In this document: positions 36,516-51,279 of the stretch, piece by piece | Layout of the letters: each line of letters opens with the position of its first letter | Numbering within the stretch: the stretch's first letter is position 1 | NCBI GenBank assembly: GCA_051294375.1 | Contig: CM119270.1 | Location: 11,276,965 to 11,340,964 of the forward strand | Direction of reading: 5' to 3' | DNA length: 64,000 nucleotides | Source of the DNA: Paraspadella gotoi | Taxonomy: Eukaryota > Animalia > Chaetognatha | Made by a program: the position numbers and the translations under genes | The notes under the pieces: generated by a model | What the model was told of the DNA's origin: nothing | What the model saw: only the letters and a program-made list of their open reading frames with translations | Database searches by the model: none

Positions 36516-37734
36516 CTGGTAAAAATATAGATGTCAAGAAAAATCTGGTTCACAGAAATTATTTTCTACATTTTTATTCCTATTGTCACTTTGTTTTGAC
36601 GCTTTTATGCCATTTTTATCATTTTCCTTCTTGCACGATTATATTTATCCTCACACCGGTTCTTGTTGACTTTTTCGCCAATTCCGAGTTCATTGATATG
36701 TTTTCGATGCCCGTCCAAAATTGCTCAGGGAGTGCAGGTTTAAGTACATGTACGAAATTTCTGTTGGCTCTTAACTGAATTTACTTCTCGTAAACTTGGG
36801 ATCAGCGTGTGACTCTCAAGTGAGAACGAATCCTGAGATTTTTCTCCGGGTTAATAATTTTTAATACGGATCCTGCGGAAACTATTTGCTATTTTGGTTG
36901 GTTTAATATTTAATAATAGGTATAATATTAAATTAGTAACACAATTGTTGTAGAATAATTTATATATTATTATTAATTATCCGGACACAATTCAAATTAC
37001 AACAATAAAAGTAATGAAGCGGTAATATAAATAACAAACCATAAAAAACAAAACACAAAATTGAAATATTAAGTACAAGAATAAAATGTAAAAAAAGTCA
37101 GCAAAAAGTCTTAAAATTTTTGCGTGAAAAAGTTATCGGATGGGGTTATAGTTGTGTCGAAGATGAAATATGAAACCAAAAAGTTCACAATTAAATAAAA
37201 GTATTAAATAAAAATAAAAAACGTGGAAAAGATTCTTTTTCACTTTCACACAAAGCTACACATGCGAAAAAATTATAAATATCAAATTTGGCTTAAAATA
37301 TGGATTTATTGCTTTTTTGTTTCACCCACGTAATGTGTAGTAAAATTTTAAAAAATAAGTTATTGCATCTTACCTTAATTAATATATAACAACAAATATT
37401 CACACTATTCCTTTAAACAACAGTCATAAATAACTTGTAACATAGATTCAAACCAAACATAAAAACGAGATTGTGATTTCTCCATTAAAAACAAAAGAAT
37501 CTATTCTATAGTCTTGTGAATATAACAAAATAAATATGCAAAAAATTCAGTTTTCGACAAATAAGAAAAAAATGAAAAAGAACTCATAAATTATCGCAGG
37601 CAAAGAAAACCTTACAAAACATAATACAAGCGGCGGTTAGAGCAAAGTCAGTTTTTTTAACTGTGAAATCGCCACGCGCGATCGCATTTCTAAGACTTCC
37701 CCCCCAAAAAAAAATTAAAATATCCCGAGCCTAT

Positions 37735-38033
37735 TTACAACGACCAGTACTGGTGCTTCTCCACGGCTTCCAGCGCCGCCTGGAAACCGTCGCGCTTCTC
37801 CGCCACCAGGCGCTGATCCCCGCACACCTGGCGGGCGAAATCGAACCAGGCGGAAAGGAGCGGCCGGTCGAGTCCCGTCTCCATGGCGACGGCGGGCACG
37901 CTGAGTCCGCGCGACCACCAGAAGAGAATTTCCAGGATTGATTGGAGAGATTGACGACTTTGGTCAGAAGATTCGTCTGAAATGAGAGAAAATGAAAGAA
38001 GTTAGAGATTTAGAGATGAGAGAGAGAGAGAGG

Positions 38034-38115
<82 letters not shown>

Positions 38116-40839
38116 AAGAAAGAAAGAAACAGTCACCTGACAGACCGACGTCCCTTTCCGCATCCTTCGCCTTCGACGCATCTCCACTCGCATCCGTCCA
38201 ACGCGCCCTCGACGCCACCGAAGAGTCTGCACTCGGCGCCGCATTCGCCGCAGGACATTTTTCGTCGCAGCAGCCGCCGGCTCATCAGCCACTTGACGGT
38301 GGCCTCCGTCTCCCGCGGGCAGATCTCGTGGAAGAACTGGCGAATCGTCCATCCAGGGAGGAGGAGCCTTTTCTTCACGAGAGGCGGCTTGCACGAGGCG
38401 GAGGCGGCGGAGGCGGAGGATGAAGCTTCCGGCGGGAGTTCCGGTGAGGGCGCCATGGCGCGCTTGACGGAAGTGGAGGCGACGGCGGCGTCGGAGTCCT
38501 TGGGGCATTCCGCCTTGTCGACGCCTTCTGGTTTTCTCTCCTTATCTTCCTCTTCTTCCTCCAGATTCGACGCTCGTCGATAGGAGGCGGAGCGGACGAA
38601 CCGCTGGAGGCGGCCGGTGGGTCGGAGGCGAGAGGCTGCTGTCGCTGGGAGCGAGAAGACGGGAGCGGGGTCTGAGGCGGAGGGGGAGGCGGAGACGGCG
38701 CTGCTCTCTTTGGCCACGTTGTTGTTTTGGTTATTCTTTTCGTTGTTGTGATTTTTATTGTTTTTCTCGATGAAGAAAACCCGGTTGGTCTTGGCGCAAC
38801 TCCTCACGGCCAGAGTCTCTTTGTTTACGTTGACGTTATTGTTGTTGACGCGGTCGGACGGGGACGAGATCGGCGTGGACGACGGCGAGGACGACGACGA
38901 CGGAGACGAAGACGACGAAGAGGAGGAGGACGAGTTTAAGGAGGAAGAGGAGGATTGCGCCTGGAGGCTCTTGGCTCTCTCCTTGTTGTCCTTCTCTTTG
39001 GGGAGCGGGTTGGAGGATTCTGAAAGGGATTGAGGAAGGGGAAGATAATAGAATTTAAATATCTTTTAAATTTAAATTGAACAATTTTTAAAAAGAGTGT
39101 TAGGAAAAAGAGTGGTAAAAAGAGAAATAGGGAAACATTAAAAGAAAAAAGACATTTTATCGAAATTTAAACCAATAGCCAGAAAGAAAAAGAAAAAGAG
39201 AAAAAACTCCAAAAAAAGAAACGAAGAAACTCACTCACTCGAGGTCAGGTTATTCCGTTTGAAGCTGAGCGTCGCTCGCAGCGCCCCAGGCGGTGGCGTT
39301 TGGATTGGTCGCACGTTGGTACAACGTTGGGCGAGCGGCGACGTCGTCGAATCGGCGTCATCGCCATCGTCGTCGTCGTCGCGTCCGGCGTCGACGACGA
39401 GTTCCGGCGACGAGGGCGGAGTGAAGAAGACGGTATCGTTGCGAGAAGGAGAAGGAGCTGGAGAGAAGAAGAAGGACGTGAAGATTAGTTTAACAATATA
39501 AATATATATAAATAAATAAACAGATCTTAATCTTTTTAATAAATCAATTAATCATTCAATCAATCAAATCCTCACCGATTCCCGCCTCTTCTTCCTGCCT
39601 CAAGTCCCTCGTCGACTTCCTTCGATCTTCGGCTCCGACAGAATGAGATCGAATCATCGGAGATTTGGGTTTTTGGACTCCGGCCCTCACGATCACAGTT
39701 CGCCTGTGGGAAAAAAGAGGCCAATGAATAATAATAAAGATGATAATAATAATAATAATAAATCCTGTGGAGAGAAAATAATGATAATGGATAATAATAG
39801 ACAATAATGATTTGAGTCATTTTTAAATAGGGGGAAATCGTGATGCTCCCGAGTTGTGATGTTAAACTAGTCATTTATAAGTATAGTCTCGCAAAAAAAA
39901 AAAAGAAAAAAAAAGTAACCATCAAAAAAATAGATTTTTTTGGTAAACTATTAAAGAGTCATTAAAAGGGAATAAAATAAAAACTTGGTGTTTTTTTGGT
40001 TTGAACTAGAGAGACTGAGTTGAGACAAGCATTAACAAGCAACGATTAAGCCAAGCTTTAACTGACAACTGGATTGCGGATTGCGCCGCCAGAGGTCTGC
40101 AAACGGGCAATAAGGGTGACAAGCGGGCAGCTCGGCGGCTCCCCTCCCGGAGTTTCCCCTTTTTCGATGAAATTTGGAAAATCGATAAGAGGATGACTGC
40201 AACCACGCAAGGAGAGGAGTTGGATGATTAAGGCCGAATGCGGATGGAAAGGCAATGCAAGAAGCATGCAATGAGAGGTACCAAGAGATAAAGACAGAGA
40301 AAGAATGAGTTTTCTATGAAAAAACTGATGCTGATGCTGATGAAAAAACTGATGCTGATGCTCTGGATGCGTTCAAAATTTTGTTTTCTATTCAGAATTA
40401 TCTTTATAAGCCGCGTTAGAAGGTAAGAACTATGTAATGCTGCATAATCTAAAAATATAGGTTTAAAAGCAACTTACCTTATCGTCGCGAATCTACTGTT
40501 TTCTACTTTGTTTTCCTTTTTGTTTTCTTTCTCTTTGTTTTCAGTTTTCATCGTAAATTTGTTCTCCAATTTGTTCTCCACGAATTTTTTTTCGAATTTG
40601 TTCTCCACTTTGTTGTCCACTTTGTTCTCCTTTTTGTTCCCTCCTTCCGCGAGGAAAGGAGGTAAGCGATGAGGACCGAGTTGCTGGGGCTGCCGTCCAA
40701 GGGGCTGGGGTTGCCGTCCCAAGTGCTGGGGATGCCGCGCCAGAGGCTGGGGGTGACGTCCGAGGGGCGGGGGTCGGTTGCTGGCTTCGCGCTTCGGTCC
40801 CTCGTTGTGGACGCGAGGGTGAAGGGCCAATTCCACCAT
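37735..40839 (-). CDS. ~600-aa five-exon protein with a C-terminal Merlin/IS1595 (ISXO2)-transposase-like Zn ribbon + HTH and no DDE domain
   Basis: Exons ~40478-40839, ~39576-39703, ~39238-39457, ~38137-39019 and 37735-37975; the first four are phase-compatible. C-terminus: KWLMSRRLLRRKMSCGECGAEC..DGCEWRC...C..RRSVR / SLQSILEILFWWSRGLSVPAVAMETGLDRPLLSAWFDFARQVC...*. Confidence 0.7.
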
Positions 40840-41328
40840 GATGTAACGATGATGTAGAGAAAGTTTGATGTAGCGATGAAAGGATATGAAAAGAACGGCG
40901 AAGCGAGGAGAATTGATTTCGAATCGAATCGAAGGATGAAAAGGTAAACGTCGACAACGACGACGATAATAACGACGAAATGAGATCGACGACGAAGTTT
41001 TTCTCAAAACATTTTCTTTCGGATTTCTCCGAATTTTGTTTTTAGTCAAAAATAGTCGGACGAAGAAGACGAACGCGATGTTTTGACTTCCTTCCCTCGG
41101 ACTCGCAATTTGAAGACTGACGATGAAGAAATCCGCCCTCGGGGTTTTAAAGGAGAGATGAGGAGGAGGAGGAGGAGGAGGAGGAGGAGGAGGACAGTTG
41201 GTATTGCAGTCTTCCTTTTCGTCGTCGTCGTCTTCGTCGTCGTCTTCGTCGTCGTCATTCTCCTTTGTCCCTCGTGTTCCTCATCATCATCTCTTCTTTA
41301 AGGTTTACGACATTCGCGGATATGCTCG

Positions 41329-41359
<31 letters not shown>

Positions 41360-41716
41360 TGTTCGATCGATCTAATCCAAGATTTCTTTGTTTTCTCCGA
41401 ACAGCGTTGGCGATCCACGTTATATACTACATTTGGCTAAAAAAAAATGATCATATTCTTAAAATAAAAAAATAGCAATATAAACATAATGCAAAAAATT
41501 AAAAAGTTTTGTATTTATTTAAAATTTTATATATACCATTATATTAAAATTATGATTTATATTTATATTCAAGCCCAAAGAAGATAACAGCAGTCAACAA
41601 ACATTTAGGGCAGCCACTGGCAAGCAGTCTTTTGCTTTTGCTTTTGCTTTTGGGTGACAGGTGTAAATTTCTCGAGTCTCTCTTTTGACTTCCAGGAGAC
41701 GAACTGGATAATCATC

Positions 41717-41753
<37 letters not shown>

Positions 41754-41754
41754 C

Positions 41755-41787
<33 letters not shown>

Positions 41788-42910
41788 TAAAATCAGGTTT
41801 TTCGGCCCGCTGGTGGCAGATGGGCGGGGGTTGATCCTTACGAGAGCTCCTGGGTGATTAGCGGCCGATTTTTTTTTGTTCTCAAGTATAATAATAGAAA
41901 AAAAAATTAATGGTGAAACATTTATAAACATAAACCTATATGTATATTGTTCAACTCACTTTTAAGCCTGGTCTTGCTCAATCAAAATTCCAGGGCGGAG
42001 TTTTGGCAAGGCTTTAAGTTTTTATTTAACTTTTATTACTTTACCTTGATTGTTTTGAATACGTTTAGGCTGTAATATAAATAGTATATATAATATATAT
42101 GTATATATATCTATCATCCTTACTTCTGTAGTATCGGAAACATCGACCTGAGAAACTTTTTCTTTTTTGTCGTGAAGTCGACGAAGACCGAAGGTGAGTT
42201 CGTTCGTGACTTCGATTCGTCTCGTCTGATCTTGTGAATCTAACATTCGTCGGCGAGAGATTAACGAAAACTCACCTCTGTGATTCGCGAAATCTTCACA
42301 TACTAAAGAAACGAGTTTTGGGAACAGATTTTCACAGTCATAAATCTTATGAAAAACGAATGTTCACAACTCTTAAATCACCAAGTTTTAAAACTGACTC
42401 GATATTTGAAAAAAAAAAATTTTTATGAAATTTATTTTTTTTAAATAGTTGACATGATTTATAGTTTGATTTTTGGCAGTTTTCATTCACCGAATTTATT
42501 TTAGAAGAATGGGAGGAAGTGGAGAGAAGAAGATGAAAAGAGGATAAAGTAGAAAAATGAGGGTCGAAAATGAAATGAGAGTGAAAATAAACCAAGCGGA
42601 AAAAAAAAATAAGAAAAAAATAGATTTCCCTTTTGAAAAACTCCATTTCACATCTGGTTTCGTATTTGAGCCGAAGGATAAAAACAGACGGCAAAAAAGA
42701 GAAGCAGATGCCGAGCGAGAAGACGGCAGACCCGCAGACCTGATTCAGGCGGAGAACATCGTCGTCGACTTCTTTTCAGATTCTTCGTTATTTAACGAAA
42801 AATATTATTAATAAGAAACTAAGTTTGAATAGATTCAACTCTTTCTTTCTTTTCTTTCATCTTTCTTGCTTTCTTTTCTTTTCTTTTCATTTCTTTTCAT
42901 TTCTTTTCTC

Positions 42911-42982
<72 letters not shown>

Positions 42983-44254
42983 TCCTTCTTTCTTTCTTTC
43001 TTTCTTTCACAATCGATAAACGTTAGAAAGCCACAACTCCAAGCGACGAGCAACAGCCTTCGTCACTTCCTGATTTTTTCCGGAAATAAAATAGAAAGTG
43101 ACCCAGAACTGTATGAAGGGTCCGCATTGTCCGCATTTCGGGTCGTCATTGTCGGGCAGGCAATATCGATGCGGCGTCATCCAGACGGCGATCGAGATGG
43201 AATCGGCAAAGCCAAAGGATGGGATGAAGGAACTCATTGTTTCTCTTCAAAGAACCGAAATTTTTCTTACGAGTTAAGGAAGGAAAATAAAGGAGGAGAA
43301 GCGCGTGGATTCTAATCCATCTGAGGCTTAATGCTCATGTCTGTCGTTCATCTTTCATTAATTCGGTCAAATAACGCTCTTCCTTTATATTTTAGTCTCT
43401 TTTCAATGAACGTTTGCTATAGGTTATAATGGAGCACCTACCGTTTCGTCTTGTGAGTACTAATGCTCGTTTTCGTACATCTTGTCTTTTCAATTTTCCC
43501 ACTATACAATGTATAGTCTACATAGATTTGCTTAACTCATTCGTTTTTTTCACGATTGACTATTTCTGCTTTTTCTTTCGGTGTACGTTCTTAGTTAATC
43601 ATTTTCCAGTGAGGGTTTTTCCTTCTTTTTTTTTTTAGTTTGAACGTTCGAAGTCATTCGTCGTCATTCGTCTCTTCGTCGTTTGTCGTTTTTTCGCTCT
43701 CCTTTTTCGTCAGTCGAACGAGGCAAAGAAGGGTTTTGGGTGTCACCCTTCGGGGGACCCTGAGGCGGAGCACGCGACAAATGCAGTCGTCCTCGTCGTC
43801 GTCGTAATCGTCGTCGTCGACTTCGTCGTTATCGTCACGCCTCGTGATTCGTGACGATAACCTTTGGGCGTTATACAGATATTTTTGCAAGCGAAACAGG
43901 AAAAAAAGGAAAAAATAGGAGGATCGATTAAAACGTCAAAAAGAAAGAGATTTGTGAATTTCGACGACCGAGAATAAAATTATGGTTTTTAGGTGTTTCT
44001 GTCTAAGGAAACCAATATTTTTTTTTCCCTTTAACTCACTATCAACTGATTTAGGAGTCAATTTCTTTCACTTTCTTGCTAAACGGCCCCACTAAAATAC
44101 ATTACATTTCTGTACAGTATATTTTTCTAAATAAGTGAAGATCGTTTACCTAAGTTTTTGTAAACAAATTTTTTCGCCTTTTTCGATCTTTACTTTGTCA
44201 GCCTTTGTTATTCGATCTTTAACTTTCGGCGAAAGTTTTTAATTAGCGCAATTT

Positions 44255-44294
<40 letters not shown>

Positions 44295-44650
44295 ACTTAT
44301 CCGGCGCGTGTCTGCGCATCGACAAACGCTCTGTTTGTACTGGAAGCGAATGGGCAGGTGGACTCCAGACGCGATTTGAACCGACGACGATAATGCGGGC
44401 GACGACGACGATAAAGAAGACGAAAGACGACGACGACGATAAAGTGAACGAAGAAGGACTGAGGTGACACGCGAACTGAGTCAACCATTTNNNNNNNNNN
44501 NNNNNNNNNNNNNNNNNNNNNNNNNNNNNNNNNNNNNNNNNNNNNNNNNNNNNNNNNNNNNNNNNNNNNNNNNNNNNNNNNNNNNNNNNNNNNNNNNNNN
44601 NNNNNNNNNNNNNNNNNNNNNNNNNNNNNNNNNNNNNNNNNNNNNNNNNN

Positions 44651-44683
<33 letters not shown>

Positions 44684-46357
44684 TCATTGGTACTAATCCA
44701 CCAGCGACAGAATTTTACCATTTTTAATGTTTGAATTCTTGGACTCGTTCCGCTTTGGAATTAGTGTGCTATTGAAACTTGTCTTGTTCTTTTTCTAAGT
44801 TTTTCAGTTCGATCAAAATTGCATTAATAACTGCTTCGAAGGAAAAACTTGATTTACCGCTGAATATTCGAATATATGAAGTGTTGAGGATCGATACAAT
44901 TTTTAAACAACCCGCATAAATATTGTGCAATGTGCATCTTTATAATTATAATCTACAACTCTTACAACTTACGTTTTCACTTTGCATTGATTTTGAATTA
45001 ATAAATCAATTTCAATTGTTGAAACGGATGTTATAATAATATGTATTCCAATAATACGTAAATCAATAAAAATCCAAAACTCCGACCCTAAACTTTCGCC
45101 GCTTTCGATTAACAAGGACTCACGTTGAAAGTCTCTTTTCAGTCTTCTCCACAGNNNNNNNNNNNNNNNNNNNNNNNNNNNNNNNNNNNNNNNNNNNNNN
45201 NNNNNNNNNNNNNNNNNNNNNNNNNNNNNNNNNNNNNNNNNNNNNNNNNNNNNNNNNNNNNNNNNNNNNNNNNNNNNNNNNNNNNNNNNNNNNNNNNNNN
45301 NNNNNNNNNNNNNNNNNNNNNNNNNNNNNNNNNNNNNNNNNNNNNNNNNNNNNNNNNNNNNNNNNNNNNNNNNNNNNNNNNNNNNNNNNNNNNNNNNNNN
45401 NNNNNNNNNNNNNNNNNNNNNNNNNNNNNNNNNNNNNNNNNNNNNNNNNNNNNNNNNNNNNNNNNNNNNNNTCTCTTTCTTTCCTTTGTTCCATTCTTTT
45501 TCTTACCATCCGCGTCCCGGAGATTTCAGATCTTCTTCCCAACGGACTCCAACTGTCTCTCCCTTCATCAACAAGAAAACTACTCCAGTCGCCCGTCGCG
45601 TTGTCCACCCATCCTCTCAACGGGGACGATGACGTAGAAGACAATGACGTTGACGACGATAATGACGATAACAATTTTTCTCTCTTGCTCTTCTCTCAGA
45701 TTTATTCTTTATGTTAATCAGCCTTTTCCTTTTCTGGTCGGTCTGTCCGTATTTCATTTCGCCGGTCGGTCCCAGGTACATTTGAAAGTTAATACTGAGC
45801 CAAAAATGACAAGCAGGTTTTGTACCACGCGAAACTTTGTAAATACACTACTGTTCAAAATAAACGCCCCACTTTATAACTTTAGATTCCAGACACTCTA
45901 TAAAGACATTTTTGCAAATTATATAAAAAAATATAATCTTTTTAAAAAAAGAAATCAATGTATCTAAATTTTACTACAATCGGTCAAGTGGTTTAGGAGA
46001 TATAATTTTTTAAANNNNNNNNNNNNNNNNNNNNNNNNNNNNNNNNNNNNNNNNNNNNNNNNNNNNNNNNNNNNNNNNNNNNNNNNNNNNNNNNNNNNNN
46101 NNNNNNNNNNNNNNNNNNNNNNNNNNNNNNNNNNNNNNNNNNNNNNNNNNNNNNNNNNNNNNNNNNNNNNNNNCTTTTATCATATGTTTTAATAACCTTA
46201 AGATTATTATTTAGGGAACTGAGGCAATCCAGTTATCCAGCTATCCAGTATATTTTTTTAATTTTTAATCTACTACAATCTACTATAAAGTATTAGAAAA
46301 AATAAGTTGGTCTTAAATCTGTATGGTGGACTAAAATCCACCAACCGTTCATCAGCG
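40480..46357 (+). repeat. Segmental duplication, copy 1
   Basis: Collinear with 46383-54430 throughout, apart from two insertions in copy 2. Contains N gaps. Confidence 0.95.
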
Positions 46358-49300
46358 NNNNNNNNNNNNNNNNNNNNNNNNNTCGTCGGCCGAATCTACT
46401 GTTTTCTACTTTGTTTCCTTTTTGTTTTCTTTTCTCTTGTTTTAGTTTTCATTCGTAAATTTGCTTCTGCCAATCTTGGTCTCCACGAATTTTTTTTTCG
46501 AAATTTGTTCTCGCACTTTGTTCACTGTGTTCTCCTTTTTGTTCCCTCCTTCGCGAGGAAAGGAAGGTAACGATGAGCGACCGAGTTGCTGGGCTGCCGT
46601 CCCAAGGGGCGGGGTTGCGCGTCCCAAGTGCTGGGGATGCCGCGGCCAGAGGCTGGGGTGACGGTCCGAGGGGCGGGGGTTCGGTTGCTTGGCTTCGCGC
46701 TTCGGTCCCTCGTTGTGGACGCGAGGGTGAAGCGGCCCAATTCCACCATGATGTAACGTGATGTAGAGAAAGTGTTGATTGTAGCGATGAAAGATATGAA
46801 AAGAACGGCGAAGCGAGGAGAATTGATTTCGAATCGAATCGAGGATGAAAAGATTAAACGTCGGACAACGACAGACGATAATAACGACGAAATGAGGATC
46901 GACGGACGAAGTTTTTCTTCAAAACATTTTCTTTCGATTTCTCGAATATTTGTTTTTAGTCAAAAAATAGTCGGACGAAGAAGACGAACGCGATGTTTTG
47001 ACTTCCTTCCCTCGGAACTCGCAATTTGAAGACTGACGATGAAGAAATCCGCCCTCGGGGTTTTAAAGAGAGATGAGGAGAGGAGGAGGAGGAGGAGGAG
47101 GAGGAGACAGTTGGATATTGCAGTCTTTTCCTTTTCGTCGTCGTCGGTTCTTCGTCGTTCGTCTTCGTCGATCGTCATTCTCCTTTGTCCTCGTGTTTCC
47201 TCATCATCATCTCTTCTTTAAGGTTTACGACATTCGCGGATATGCTGCGGCGTCGTCGTCGTCGTCGTCGTCGTCTCGTTGTTCGATCGATCTAATCAAG
47301 ATTTCTTTGTTTTTCTCCGAACAGGCTTGGCGATCCACAATACTACATTTGGCTTAAAAAAAATGATTCATATTCTTAAAATAAAAAAATAGGCAATAGA
47401 AACATAATGCCAAAAAATTAAAAAGTTTGTATTTATTTAAAATTTTATATATTTACCCATTATATTAAAATATGATTTATATTTATTATTTCAAGCCCAA
47501 AGAAGATAAACAGCAGTCAACAAACATTTAGGGCAGCCACTGCAAGCAGTCTTTTGCTTTTGCTTTTGCTTATGGGTACAGGTGTAAATTTCTCGGAGTC
47601 CCTCTTTACTTCCAGGAGACGAACTGGATTATCATTCAGAAAGGAGAGAAAGAGAGAGAGAGAGAGAGAGAAGAGAGGAGGAAGAGATGAGAGAGAGAAG
47701 GAGAGAGGAGAGAGATAAGAGAGATTAAAATCAGTTTTTTTCGGCCCGCTGGTGGCAGATGGGCGGGGGGTTGATCCTTACGAAGAGCTCCTGGGTGATT
47801 AGCGGCCGATTTTTTTTGTTCTCAAGTATAATAATAGAAAAAAAAATAATGGTTGAAACATTTATAAACATTAAAACCTATATGTTATATTGTTCAAAAC
47901 TCACTTTTAAGCCTGGTCTTGCTTCAATCAAAAATTCGCGGGCGGAGTTTTGGCAAGCTTAAGTTTTTATTTAACTTTTATTTACTTTTAACCTTGATTG
48001 TTTTGAATACGTTTAGGCTGTAATAAAATAGTTATATATATATATATGTATATATATCTAATCATCCTTACTTCTGTAGTATCGGAACATCGACCTGAAA
48101 ACTTTTTCTTTTTTGTCGTGAAGTCGACCCGAAGACCGAAGGTGAGTTCGTTCGTGACTTCGATTCGTCTCGTCTGATCTTGTGAATCTAACATTCGTCG
48201 GCGAGAGAATTAACGAAAACTCACTCTGTTGATTCGGCGAAATCTTCCACATACTAAAGAAAACGAGTTTTGGGGAACCAGATTTTCACAGTCAAAATCT
48301 TATGAAAAACGAATGTCACAAACTCTTAAATCACCAAGTTTTAAACTGACTCGATATTTGAAAAAAAAAAATTTTTATTGAAATTTATTTTTTTATTAAT
48401 AGTTGACATGATGTTATAGTTTGATTTTTTGGCAGTTTTCATTCACCGAATTTATTTTAGAAAGAATGGAGGAAGTGGAGAGAAGAAGATGGAAAGAGGA
48501 TTAAAAGTAGAAAAATGAGGTCGAAAATGAAATGAGAGTTAAAATAAACCAAGCGGAAAAAAAAATAAGAAAAAAATAGATTTCCCTTTTTGAAAAAAAA
48601 CTCCATTTCACATCTGGTTTCGTATTTGAGCCGAAGGATAAAAACAGACGGCAAAAAGAGAAGGCAGATGCGGCCGAGCGAGAAGCACGGCAAAGACCGC
48701 AGACCTGATTCAGGCGGAGAACATCGTCGTCGACTTTCTTTTCAGATTTCTTCGTATTTAACGCAAAAATATTATTAATAAGAAACTGAAGTTTGAATAG
48801 ATTCAACTCTTTCTTTCTTTCTTTCATCTTTTCTTCTTTCTTTTCTTTTCTTTTTCTTTCTTTTCATTCTTTTCCTCTTTCTTTCTTTCTTCTTTCTCTT
48901 TCTTTCTTTCTTCTTCTTTCTTTCCCTTCTTTCCGTTCTTTCTTTCTTTCACAATCGATAAACGTTAGAAAGCCACAAACTCCAAGCAGACGAGCAACAA
49001 GCCTTCGTCACTTCCTGATTTTTTCCGGAAATAAGAATAGAAAGTGGACCAGAACTGTATGAAGGGTCCCCATTGTCCGCATTTTCGGGTCGTCATTGTC
49101 GGGGCAGGCAATATCGATGCGGCGTCATCCAGGCGGCGATCAGATGGAATCGGGCAAAGCCACAAGGATGGGATGAAGGACTCTTGTTTCTCTTTCAAAG
49201 AACCGAAATTTTGTCTACGAGTTAAGGAAGAAAATAAAGGAGGAGAGAGCGCGTGGATTCTAATCCATCTGAGGCTTAAATGCTCATGTCTGTTTCGTTC

Positions 49301-50124
49301 ACTTTCATAATTCGGTCAAATAACGCTCTTCCTTTATATTTAGTCTCTTTTCAATGAAACGTTTGCTATAGTTATATGGAGCACCTACGTGCGTCTTGTG
49401 AGTACTAATGCTCGTTATCGACATCTTGTCTTTTCAATTTCCACTATACAATGTATTAGTTCTACCATAGATTTTGCTTAACTCATTCGTTTTTTTTCAC
49501 GATTGACTATTTCTTGCTTTTTCTTTCGGTGTACGTTTCTTAGTTAATTTCATTATTTCCAGTGAGGGTTTTCCTTCTTTTTTTTTTTAGTTTGAAACGT
49601 TCGAAGTCATTTCGTCGTCATTCGTCTCTTCGTCGTTTGTCGTTTTTTCGCTCTCCTTTTCGTCAGTTCGAAAACGAGGCAAAGAAGGGTTTTGGTGTCA
49701 CCCTTCGGGGACCCTAGGCGAGCACGGACAAAATGCAAAGTCGTCCTCGTCGTCGTCGTAAATCGTCGTCGTTCGACTTCGTCGTTATCGTCACGCCTCG
49801 TGATTCGTGACGATTAACCTTTGGGGGCGTTATACAGATTTTTTTGCAAGCAAACAGGAAAAAAAGGAAAAAATAGGAGGATCGATTAAAACGTCAAAAA
49901 GAAAAGAACTTGTGTGAATTTCGGACGACCGAGAATTAAAATATGGTTTAGGATGTTTCTGTCTAAGAAACCAATATTTTTTTTTCCCTAACTCACTATC
50001 AAACTGGATTTAGAGTCAATTTCTTTCACTTCTTTGCTAAACGGCCCCACTAAAATACATTACATTTCTGTACAGTATATTTTCATGTTGTAATTTTTCT
50101 CTTCTTCGTTGTTCAATAAGATAG

Positions 50125-51232
50125 CAGATTCGAAAACGAAAGTTTTAGTATTTTTTACAAACGATTTTTATTTACAAAATATTGGACATTGTTTCGGGGA
50201 CTCTTGTTTTCGGAGACAGGGAAGTCTCTATCTTCATCCGTTCCGAACAGCACAAGAAGCCTATAAAAGACAGCGAGGCCACTTACCTGTCGGCCATAGC
50301 AAGAACATTCGGCCAAATACGGGCCATCTGTTTGAAGAACGGATGTCTCAATGCTGTCCCATGACCAAAAACCGTTCTCAAGACGGTAATTAGAGAGCAA
50401 TTTACATCAAAAGGCCCCTTCGAGCCCTCTCATGAACCGTGATGGAGACGATCGAGCTCCCTCTAAGCTACGATCGCTCATCAAGTTGGCGGATTGGGAA
50501 CACCCTACACCACCCAACCGCCGTGATTCCCCTGTCCCACTCAACGGGTCAGGCGGAGGGCTCTCAGCAGGCAATGGACGTCCGATGCTCTCCGACCTAC
50601 AAGCAACTTGGGTGTGACCCCTTCTCACCACTGAGCGTCGACAAACGACGGCCTGCAGGAGGAAGGAGAGGAGTCTGTATCACCCTGCATCCAAGCAGGC
50701 AGAAAGGCAATCGCCCACTCACCGGCAGGTGAGAGGAGGGCAGTCGGCAGGTTATCAGGCCAAGATATATCGAGTGGCATCGGATCTTCCCAAGTGGGAT
50801 CACTACCGCATCCCAGGGTGTCGGAACTCTACAAAAATATCTTCTCAGCCTTGACAGGTCAATGACCCGATCACATCTCAACGTCCCCCATTAGCCCGGC
50901 CGGGGGGGGGGCCAGCTCAATTTGAGCTTCTTTTCCTAAACTTAATTTTAACTAAATCTTTACTTTACCTATCCCTTACCACTTTATTCTTCAAATTTCA
51001 CTTCACTATACTCCATTAGTAAATCAACTATTTATTATTATTTGTATTATTCCATTTAGGTTATGATTTCATTTATTCTTTGTTGTACATTTCAAAATGT
51101 AATGTTCTCTCTCTCTCTCTCTCTCTCTTCCTTTTCACCATTTCAAGATCAACTTATTTTCCCCTTCTCCTGTCCTTACCCTTCACCTGTCCTGAATTCT
51201 GACCACTGTCCTTCTCAAGTTTCTTGGGTTGG

Positions 51233-51279
<47 letters not shown>

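Noticed and set aside
36600-36880. Minus-strand coding-like stretch after the SLC22 stop
   Set aside because: Short, interrupted by stops, and without a recognisable family; may be UTR or decayed TE.
41600-43900. Possible small gene (exon-like blocks on both strands, duplicated at 47520-49850)
   Set aside because: I could not build a phase-consistent model or recognise a domain, so it is left uncalled.
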